Below, in pieces: positions 40,618 through 50,767 of a DNA stretch of 64,000 bases; positions within the stretch are counted from its first letter, which is position 1, and every line of letters starts with the position of its first letter. A program made the translations under genes and the position numbers. The notes beneath the pieces were generated by a model that saw only the letters and a program-made list of their open reading frames with translations, was not told where the DNA came from and did no database searches. The stretch is from NCBI GenBank assembly GCA_002269645.1, contig NIVC01001517.1, positions 124,001-188,000 on the forward strand, read 5' to 3'. The stretch comes from Macrostomum lignano (Eukaryota).

Positions 40618-41290
40618 ACTCACTGAGAATCGCTCACGAGAGTCACTGCTCATTGATAATCGTTCATGAGAGTCACTGCTCATTGATAATCGCTCATGAG
40701 AGTCAATACTTACTGAGAATCGCTCATGAGAGTTACTGCTCATTGAGAATCGCTCACGAGAGTCACTGCTCACTGAGAATCGCTCATGAGAGTCACTGCT
40801 CACTGAGAATCGCTCATGAGAGTCACTGCTCATTGATAATCGCTCATGAGAGTCACTGCTCATTGAGAATCACCCATGAGAGTCATTACTCACTGAGAAT
40901 TGCTCACGAGAGTTACTGCTCATTGAGAATCGCTCATGAGAGTCACTGCTCATTGAGAATCGCTCATGAGAGTCACTGCTCATTGAGAATCGCTCATGAG
41001 AGTCACTGCTCATTGATAATCGCTCATGAGAATCACTGCTCATTGAGAATCGCTCATGATAGTCACTGCTCATTGAGAATCGCTCATGAGAGTCACTGCT
41101 CATTGAGAATCGCTCATGAGAGTCACTGCTCATTGAGAATCGCTCACGAGAGTCACTTCTCATTGAGAATCGCTCATGAGAGTCACTGCTCATTGAGAAT
41201 CGCTCACGAGAGTCACTGCTCATTGAGAATCGCTCATGAGAGTCACTGCTCATTGAGAATCGCTCACGAGAGTCACTGCTCATTGAGAAG
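40618..41290. repeat. 30-bp minisatellite CATTGAGAATCGCTCATGAGAGTCACTGCT
   Basis: Tandem copies (SLRIAHESHC ORF). Confidence 0.95.
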
Positions 41291-41689
41291 CACAGAACAA
41301 AACATGCCAAAAGATTTGCCACACAGAACACAGGTGACAGACTCAGAGGAAGAAGTCTCATTCCACCCAACAAGCAGTTCAGAGTCCCCGAGCTCAGCTG
41401 CAAACTTTATGAACAGCCGGATCGCGTGAGGCGAGCCGCTATGAGCATAAATTATGAAACTGTTTGCGAGCTGGGCTGAGGCAGGCTGCAAAAGCGCAAT
41501 AAACACTGCAGGCCCGTGCCAGGCTTGTGCAGTGCAGATTGCGTGACTCAGACGCGCGGGTGCGGTCTCGGGCTCGAATCGATCAGGTGAGCCTCTTTTT
41601 GTACTCCAGCGACTACCGACTTTTTTGTGGCCTCTTTGAGAGACCGGCTGACCCTGTCCTTTGCAGGGTCAGTCGGATGGACACAAACA

Positions 41690-41995
41690 GATGGCTGTGT
41701 CCTTTCTGCAGGGTGTTAGACAGATGGCTGTGTCCTTTCTGCAGGGTGTTAGACAGATGGCTGTGTCTTCCATGTAAGGGTGTTAGACAGATAGCTGTGT
41801 CTTCCATGTAAGGGTGTTAGACAGATGGCTGTGTATTCCATGTAAGGGTGTTAGACAGATGGCTGTGTCTTCCATGCAAGGGTGTTAGACAGATGGCTGT
41901 GTCTTCCATGCAAGGGTGTTAGACAGATGGCTGTGTCTTCCATGTAAGGGTGTTAGACAGATGGCTGTGTCTTCCATGCAAGGGTGTTAGACAGG
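41690..41995. repeat. About 33-bp minisatellite GGGTGTTAGACAGATGGCTGTGTCTTCCATGTAA (same family as 47175-47520)
   Basis: Tandem copies with a shared GTTAGACAGATGGCTGTGT core. Confidence 0.92.
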
Positions 41996-42999
41996 GCTCA
42001 CCGCAGTCCAGCACTCCGTGCTATTTGAAGCCAAAGCTCAACACCAGACACCATATGTGTTAAATAAATATATTTCATTGATTCCGAGTCCTTTCGCAGG
42101 CAACCTTCACCAGTAACTGTGGTCTCAGACTCGAATCGATCTGATAAGCACCCTCGTACGAGCTACTCCAGCGATTATCTACTTTTTTCGCCTCTTTGAA
42201 CGTCTGACTCGAAGCGCACAAAGCCGGCCTTCTGTGAACTTCTGCGAACGGCACCAAAGAACTCTACTTTTCTATCAAAGAGGGCCGCCAGTTGCGACGC
42301 CACCCGACACCTCCTCCGACAGTTCCGGGTTCCGGCCCGCGCACACAGAGCCAAGCCAGATCTTTTGAATCAAGTTTTTGATCATCGCGCGCCGACACCG
42401 CTCGACAACTTCCTGACTGATCGTGAAGCATCAGAGCCGGACAGACATCAGAGCAGAGGACTACCTGCCCCCATCGTGCCATGTCACGTGAAATTTTTTA
42501 GAAACGTAGAGCCCCCCCCCAACCCCAAGGTCTGTCACTCCGCGTCTCTCAGCATTTCCGGTCTCTGGGCCAGGGGGGGAGGGGCGGCCGGTCTTTGCGA
42601 GCCTCGCAGCTGCCTTGGCCTTGCCTTGTCTTTGCTCTCCTCTCCGCTCCGCTCCTCTCCTCGCTAAAACTCCCTCGTCAGCCGGGCTCAAAGGGGGCAG
42701 GAGCAGCAGGGAGGCGCAGGGGATGAGAGATGCGAGCTGCATCAGCAGCAGCAGCAGCAGCAACCCCCCGCCCCTTGTCCAAGAAAACAAGGCAGACGCG
42801 TTTTGCCACCCTTCCACCTGACGGCTTGTTTTCTGCCATGGGCGCTCGACCTCTCTGTATTCGATTTTTGAATAAAATTTAAATGCAGGACTCAGATGGG
42901 CGATGGAGGAAGCTGGGGGCGGGAAGAGGGTGAGAAGTGGTGTAGACAGCGGCTGAGAGGTAAGTTGAGGGTTTCTTGAGTTTGAGAGAGGAAATGAAG

Positions 43000-43390
43000 G
43001 CAGGTAGATAGCCGATAGATTGTGAGTAGATAGCGGGTAGATAGCCGGTAGATAGCCGGTAGATAGCCGGTAGATTGTGAGTAGATAGCGGGTAGATAGC
43101 AGGTAGATAGCCGGTAGATAGCCGGTAGATAGCCGTAGATAGTTGGTAGATAGCTGGTAGATAGCCAGTAGATAGCCGGTAGATTACGGGTAGATTGCAG
43201 GTAGATAGCTGTAGCTGGTAGATAGCCCGTAGATAGCAGGTAGATAACCGGTAGATAGCGGGTAGATAGTGCGTAGATAGTGGGTAGATAGTGGGTAGAT
43301 AGCGGGTAGATAACCGGTAGATAGCTGGTAGATACTGGGTAGAAAGCCAGTAAATAGCCGGTAGATAGCTGGCAGATAGCAGGTAGATAG
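43000..43390. repeat. Degenerate 11-bp repeat GGTAGATAGCC
   Basis: Direct reading. Confidence 0.88.
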
Positions 43391-43605
43391 ACAAGCGAGT
43401 TGAGAGAAGCCCCGTGTGGGGAGGCTCGGTGAAGGAGCCTTGGCATGCCAATGACATGACAGACGAGTTAAAAGTGTCAAACTGACAGGTCCGAGACAGA
43501 AGCTGGGCTGCTCGTCTCAAGCAAACTCTCGCGAGCTGAATTGGCAAACAAAAGATTTTGAATTTGAGCAGAGTGACACTGGTCCCGACGCCTTCGCCGC
43601 GTGCG

Positions 43606-43619
43606 GTTGTCATGGAAAC
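43606..43619. promoter_or_regulatory. RFX X-box motif GTTGTCATGGAAAC
   Basis: Exact match to the GTHNYY-AT-RRNAAC X-box consensus, in a unique GC-rich island between two repeat arrays. The target gene was not identified. Confidence 0.45.
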
Positions 43620-43859
43620 GAAAGAATGGATCAGCGGGAGTGAAGGAACTTGACACTGGGCTGGGGGGGCATCTGAGAGTCGCCTGGGCGCAGCTTCACT
43701 GCCGGGTCCTCTCCTTCAAACCGCAGGCTTCTCTTTGCTCATGCGACCGAGCTCTCGGGTTCTCCGCCCACTCTGACCCGCGGCGCAGCATCCTAGCGAT
43801 CAATCTGTGCGTCACTGGCTGTGCGTTCTGGCTCGCATGCTGCCTTAGTGGTACACGGG

Positions 43860-44545
43860 CCTCTCATCTCCTTCTCTCATCTCCCTCTCTCATCTCCCTC
43901 TCTCATCTCCCTCTTTCATCTCCCCTCTTTCATCTCCCTCTCTCATCTCCTTCTCTCATCTCCCTCTCTCATCTCCCTCTCTCATCTCCCTCTCTCATCT
44001 CCCTCTCTCATCTCCCCTCTTTCATCTCCCTCTCTCATCTCCTTCTCTCATCTCCCCTCTCTCATCTCCCCTCTCTCATCTCCCTCTCTCATCTCCCTCT
44101 CTCATCTCCCTCTCTCATCTCCCCTCTCTCATCTCCCTCTCTCATCTCCTTCTCTCATCTCCCTCTCTCATCTCTCTCTCTCATCTCCCCTCTCTCATTT
44201 CCCCTCTCTCATCTCCCCTCTCTCATCTCCCTCTCTCATCTCCCCTCTCTCATTTCCCCTCTCTTATCTCCCCTCTCTCATCTCCCTCTCTCATCTCCCC
44301 TCTCTCATCCCCCTCTCTCATCTCCCCTCTTTCATCTCCATCTCTCATCTCCCCTCTCTCATCTCCCCTCTTTCATCTCCCTCTCTCATCTCCCTCTCTC
44401 ATCTCCCCTCTCTCATCTCCCCTCTCACATCTCCCCTCTCACATCTCCCCTCTCTCATCTCCCTCTCTCATCTCCCCTCTCTCATCTCCCCTCTCACATC
44501 TCCCCTCTTTCATCTCCCTCTCTCATCTCCACTCTCTCCTCTCCC
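43860..44545. repeat. 13-14-bp polypyrimidine repeat TCTCATCTCCC(C)TC
   Basis: Direct reading. Confidence 0.92.
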
Positions 44546-45349
44546 TTCTCTCATTTCCCCTATCTAATTTTCTCCTTATCGCACCTCTATTCTCCCTCAT
44601 CTCTATTGTCTTTCGTCTCCCTGTCTGGAATTTCTACTCAAAATTCATACAGAGTTTTGAGCTGCTCCCATCATTTTTCATTTCCAGCAGGTGGCTGCCA
44701 TCCTCAAAGCAGCGCACTAGGCCATCACAGATCCCAGACGGCAGACCACAGGAAGCTCATTTTCGAACTCTTAAAGCACAATTGTGAGCCTCCTGCAGCC
44801 TCTGCACTTTGAGAACCTGTGTCTGCACACTTGTTATCCTTCTCTCATTGTCCCCAAATCCTCAGATCCGATTTTTGAGTCTGGTTCTTCATCACCTCAC
44901 AGGCTGTCTGATAAAATCTTCTATCAAATCCGGAAACTGCTGCTGGCTAATTAAAACAAAAGTCCGCGGTAGCGTCCGGCCCTGCCGCCCCGCCGCAGCT
45001 CAGGAGGTGCTGATTTAAGCAACTGCTTGCCGACTCCCATTAATTTGAGCACTCTGGAGTCTGGACAGCTCGGACAAACTCGGACAGAACCCGGACAGAA
45101 CTCTGCCTGCTTGGCCAATGTTTTCATTGCCAAAACTAATCGAATCCCCTTCAGCAATCAGCCCCGCTCCCAGCCCGCCTGCGTTGAGGAGCCGCTGGCG
45201 AAGATGACTTCTGCCTGCCATATTGATCTGCCAACTCAGAATAACTTTATTGAGTCTGCAGACTGGCCGGCTGCTGCGCACCGAAATGTTTGCTCTTTTA
45301 TGCTGTGAGTTCGCTCTGTCTGTCTGCTTTGCCTGCTCGCCGACATGTA

Positions 45350-46875
45350 ACCTGTTAGATACTGAGTTGCAACCTGTTAGATACTGATTTGTAACCTGTT
45401 AGATACTGATTTGTAACCTGTTAGATACTGAGTTGTAACCTGTTAGATACTGAGTTGTAACCTGTTAGATACTGAGTTGTAACCTGTTAGATACTGAGTT
45501 GTAACCTGTTAGATACTGATTTGTAACCTGTAGATACTGAGTTGTAACCTGTTAGATACTGAGTTGTAACTGAGTTGATAGACACTCTGATGAGCAGTCA
45601 CCTGTTAGACACTCTGATGAGCAGTCACCTGTTAGACACCCTGATGTGCAGTCACCTGTTAGACACTCTGATGTGCAGTCACCTGTTAGACACTCTGATG
45701 TGCAGTCACCTGTTAGACACTCTGATGAGCAGTCACCTGTTAGACACCCTGATGAGTAGTCACATGTTAGACACTCTGATGAGCAGTCACCTGTTAGACA
45801 CTCTGATGTGCAGTCACCTGTTAGACACTCTGATGAGCAGTCACCTGTTAGACACCCTGATGTGCAGTCACATGTTAGACACCCTGATGAGCAGTCACAT
45901 GTTAGACACTCTGATGAGCAGTCACCTGTTAGACACTCTGATGTGCAGTCACCTGTTAGACACCCTGATGTGCAGTCACCTGTTAGACACTCTGATGAGC
46001 AGTCACCTGTTAGACACTCTGATGTGCAGTCACCTGTTAGACACCCTGATGTGCAGTCACCTGTTAGACACCCTGATGAGCAGTCACATGTTAGACACTC
46101 TGATGAGCAGTCACATGTTAGACACTCTGATGAGCAGTCACCTGTTATACACTCTGATGAGCAGTCACCTGTTAGACACTCTGATGTGCAGTCACCTGTT
46201 AGACACCCTGATGTGCAGTCACCTGTTAGACACCCTGATGAGCAGTCACATGTTAGACACTCTGATGAGCAGTCACCTGTTAGACACTCTGATGAGCAGT
46301 CACCTGTTAGACACCCTGATGAGCAGTCACATGTTAGACACTCTGATGTGCAGTCACCTGTTAGACACTCTGATGTGCAGTCACCTGTTAGACACTCTGA
46401 TGAGCAGTCACCTGTTAGACACCCTGATGTGCAGTTACCTGTTAGACACTCTGATGTGCAGTCACCTGTTAGACACCCTGATGTGCAGTCACATGTTAGA
46501 CACCCTGATGAGCAGTCACATGTTAGACACTCTGATGAGCAGTCACCTGTTAGACACTCTGATGTGCAGTCACCTGTTAGACACCCTGATGTGCAGTCAC
46601 CTGTTAGACACCCTGATGAGCAGTCACATGTTAGACACTCTGATGAGCAGTCACATGTTAGACACTCTGATGAGCAGTCACCTGTTATACACTCTGATGA
46701 GTAGTCACCTGTTAGACACTCTGATGAGCAGTCACCTGTTAGACACTCTGATGAGCAGTCACCTGTTAGACACCCTGATGTGCAGTCACCTGTTAGACAC
46801 CCTGATGAGCAGTCACCTGTTAGACACCCTGATGAGCAGTCACCTGTTAAACACTCTGATGTGCAGTCACCTATC
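45350..46875. repeat. Adjacent minisatellites: 22-bp GTTAGATACTGAGTTGTAACCT (45350-45570) and 27-bp GTTAGACACTCTGATGAGCAGTCACCT (45575-46875)
   Basis: Tandem copies with a shared CCTGTTAGA junction; explains the Cys-rich CLTGDCSSE ORF. Confidence 0.95.
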
Positions 46876-47174
46876 AGAAACAGGTGCATAAAAATACAAC
46901 TTACCTTTAATGTTTTTGACAAAAGTACAGGTTTCAAGCTTTTATAGAATCAGATGTGGGCTCAGTCAAAACGAGTCACTTGAAACTCAAATCTCTCTGC
47001 TACTGCAATTTTTTCAGCACATCTGCGATTCAAAAGTTAGCAAACAAGTCGTTAGCAACTGAGGGGAAAGCTTGCCAATCCCTGTAGCAATTTGCATCTT
47101 TGTTGTTTAAGTTTGAGTCCAAATTTAACCGCTAGCCTCCCGAAATTCGTCTTTTCAAATTTCAAATTGATGAG

Positions 47175-47520
47175 GGTGTTAGGCGGTTGTGGTTTCGTCC
47201 ATTCTGCAGGGTGTTAGACAGGCGGTTGTGGTTTTGTCCATTCTGCAGGGTGTTAGACAGATGGCTGTGTCCTTTCTGCAGGCTGTTAGACAGATGGCTG
47301 TGTCCTTTCTGCAGGCTGTTAGACAGATGGCTGTGTCTTCTGTGCAGGGTGTTAGACAGATGGCTGTGTCCTTGTCCTTCGTGCAGGGTGTTGGACAGAT
47401 GGCTGTGTCCTTGTCCTTCGTGCAGGGTGTTAGACAGATGGCTGTGTGTGTCCATTCTGCAGGCGTTAGACAGATGGCTGTGTGTGTCCATTCTGCAGGC
47501 GTTAGACAGATGGCTGTGTG
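47175..47520. repeat. About 33-37-bp minisatellite GGGTGTTAGACAGATGGCTGTGTCCTTTCTGCA
   Basis: Tandem copies; same family as 41690-41995. Confidence 0.92.
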
Positions 47521-48199
47521 GCGTCCCTGATCTTCTCATCAGGCAGTATACTCACTCAGGCTCTGCGCTTCACTGATTGCAGTCAGGAATCGAACCCGCG
47601 AGCTTCAGTGCGTGGGTGGTGTTGGACTCCGTGATGGGCTGAAGTTCGCATGAACTCAAACATTTCTATTTTAATAAATTTCTATTTTATTAACAGTTCC
47701 AAGTCCTTCGAGTCCTCCATCCGTGACCCGCGTGAATGCCCCACCCGCTGTGACCGGTAAGACTCAACAAGTCCCGGTGCATCCGCTCCCCGGCAACCCG
47801 AACTCTGAGCAAATCTGTTTAATAATTGGGATCTGCATTCTGCACTACTTAGAAGTAGTGAATCTTGCTATTTTTATTCGATATGAATACGATTTACAAT
47901 TCACAAGAAGCACTCATTCTTAATTTTCAATATAATAACTGTTCAGATTTTATATTTGTAAGTTTTTAAGCTACATGTGTACTGTAGATTAAGATATGCA
48001 TGGCACCCCAGTCTTCTTATACTATTTCATTTTTCAAACGCCCGCATTGCGTGTGTTTGGTTGGTCAAAGCTTATGGTTTCGACCATAGACGATAAGAAC
48101 CCTTTAGGTCTTCCCATCGAATATTTAGTTCCATGCTCGCACTCACTTTCTACTAGCTTGAAAAATGCTATACTATATGTTCATTGAGATGTACAGGAT

Positions 48200-48645
48200 A
48201 CCTACTCATAGCCTTCTTAAGCTACCATGTGTACATTAAGATGTACATTGTCGTTTTGAACTACACCATATGTACATTGAGATGTACATTGTACCTATAA
48301 CCTTCTTGAACTACCATATGTACATTAAGATGTACATTGTATCTATAACCTTCTTGAACTACCATATGTACATTAAGATGTACATTGTATCCATAACCTT
48401 CTTGAACTACCATATGTACATTAAGATGTACATTGTATCCATAACCTTCTTGAACTACCATGTGTACATTAAGATGTACATACTACCCCAGACTTCTTAA
48501 GCTACCATGTGTACATTAAGATGTACATTCTACCCCAGCCTTCTTAAGCTACCATGTGTACATTAAGATGTACATTCTACCCCAGCCTTCTTAAGCTACC
48601 ATGTGTACATTAAGATGTACATTGTACCCATAACCTTCCTGAACT
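48200..48645. repeat. 48-bp minisatellite CTACCATATGTACATTAAGATGTACATTGTATCCATAACCTTCTTGAA
   Basis: Units start at 48311 and 48359; each holds two ATGTACAT palindromes. Confidence 0.92.
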
Positions 48646-49829
48646 ACCTTGAGTACATTGTGAACTAAGTAAAAGACAGAAAATGTAAAAAATCATGTTT
48701 CTGCTTTCATATTTATTAGACAAATAAACCGCAGAAGTGAGCGAAAGCTGTGAAAATGTAGAATTTCTATAAAACAGAGAATCTTTAGTTAATACAAAAA
48801 CCAGACACAACATCCGTAAAAAAGACATTAAAAGTGAAACGCGAACAGAAACTCAGCAGAAGTGAACAACCTGGTCTAATATCTAGCTAGCTGTGAGGCT
48901 GGAGAAGAGTGAAAGTAAAAATTCTGTCTGTCATGCTGTGTGAAATGATTCGCAGGTGCAGCAGCAGGTTAGAGTTGGGGTCACCTTTTGGCACAGCGAG
49001 CTACCAGGTGCCGAATACAGAAGCTTTTTTTAAAAGTCATACTGGGGTTTTCGGTTCATGCAAAGCTCAATACTTCAGTTGTTGCAGTGTTAAATAAAAT
49101 TAATTGTAGCAAAATCGGGAAAGAGAGGCAAGGCACAAAGCACTCATCGAACTCCAGTTAGTTACAAAAAAACAACAGAGTTTTGGTACGCTTTTAGGCG
49201 GTCTAAAAATAACCAAAAATGGAACAGAAGCTGTGGAAACTGATAAGTTCCTAGAAAGCAGCCCAAAATCGATGCACAATAAAAGTTTTAAAAAAGCAGC
49301 AAAAAACAGAGACCATTGCGCCGCCTTGTGTGAATTGACAAAAGCAGAGTCAAGGCTGTCTAAGATCTGACCTTCTCCCTTAGTAGGTGGGGTTTGGAGG
49401 GGTCTGTGGGCTGGGTTTCTTTTTTGGGCCATACAGGGTTTTTTGGCCCCTTGAAAATCTCATTCGCAACTGGATTTTTGGCATCAAAGGCCAATCTGGC
49501 AACTTCATTTTCCCAGTGCCAGTTGCCCATTTTAAAAAATGATTTTGTAAGTGTAATTTTTTAGTTATGGGTTTAAGGGATATTTATATTTATTAAAAAT
49601 GGCTCAAAAACTAAGTTGCAAAATCAACAATGTCAATAACAAGTCCCAGACAGTCTTATTCCCGCAGTCATATAGTGCATACATGTTTTATGAGCCTTGG
49701 AAATATCAATATCTATCCTCGATAATTTGGCTAGTTGCCAATGGGCAACCAAAAATAAGCATTGGCAACTGGATTTTGAGCCCCAAGGGCCAGCTGGCAA
49801 ATGGACTTCCAACGTTAAAAACCCAGTCT

Positions 49830-50560
49830 GTGGGGGCTTTGAGGGGTTTGTGGGGGTTTGGAAAGGTCTGTGAGGGGTTTGATGGGTTTGTGGGGGATTT
49901 GAGGGGTCTGTGGGGGTTGGGGGGGGTTTGTGGGGGTTGGAGGGTCTGTGGGGTTGGAGGGTCTGTGGGGTTGGAGGGTCTGTGGAGATCGGAGGGTCTG
50001 TGGGGTTGGAGGGTCTGTGGGGGTTGGAGGGTCTTTGGGGGTTGGAGGGTCTGTGGGGGTTGGAGGGTCTTTGGGGGTTGGAGGGTCTGTGGGGGTTGAA
50101 GGGTCTGTGGGGGTTGAAGGGTCTGTGGAGATCGGAGGGTATGTGGGGTTGGAGGGTCTGTGGGGTTGGAGGGTCTGTGGGGTTGGAGGGTCTGTGGGAT
50201 TGGAGGGTCTGTGGATATCGGAGGGTCTGTGGGGGTTGGAGGGACTGTGGGGGTTGGAGGGTCTGTGGGGGTTGGAGGGTCTGTGGGGGTTGGAGGGTCT
50301 GTGAGGTTGGAGGGTCTGTGGGGGGTTAGAGGGTTTGTGGTGGGTCGGAGGGTCTGTGGGGTTGGAGAGTTTGTGGGGGTTGGAGGGTCTGTGGGGGTTG
50401 GAGGGTCTGTGGGGGTAGGAGGGTCTGTGGGGGTTGGAGGGTCTGTGGGGGTTGGAGGGTTTGTGGTGGGTTGGAGGGTCTGTGGGGGTTGGAGGGTTTG
50501 TGGTGGGTTGGAGGGTCTGTGGGGTTGGATAGTCTGTGGGGGTTGGAGGGTCTGTGGGGG
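49830..50560. repeat. G-rich 18-19-bp minisatellite GGGGGTTGGAGGGTCTGT
   Basis: Tandem copies just downstream of the CFAP77 stop. Confidence 0.93.
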
Positions 50561-50767
50561 TTTATAGAGGTATTATTAAACATCTAGTAAGATCTTAAAG
50601 CTTTAAAAAGTGGCTGAGTGAGAACTCGCCACCCACGTATCTGAACCCATGAAGTCCCTTGATGTTCCAGCAGAGCAGCAAACCAAACGGTGAAAAAGCG
50701 GCAAAAATCTGGGGGGGGAGGCACAAGCGAAAAGGAACAGTCAGCAGGCAGCAGCCCCAGGGCAGCC

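Noticed and set aside
42461-42840. Signal-peptide/neuropeptide-like ORF (LLLLLLLMQLAS...RRG)
   Set aside because: The hydrophobic run comes from a (CAG)n repeat, the frame starts at GTG, and there is no repeated peptide motif.
45552-46937. 461-aa Cys-rich ORF (CLTGDCSSE repeats)
   Set aside because: A 27-bp tandem repeat that is open in several frames on both strands, with no unique coding flanks or signal peptide.
47545-47640. GGTTCGATTCC B-box / exon-like segment on the minus strand
   Set aside because: No convincing A box or cloverleaf, and all three frames between the candidate splice sites contain stops.
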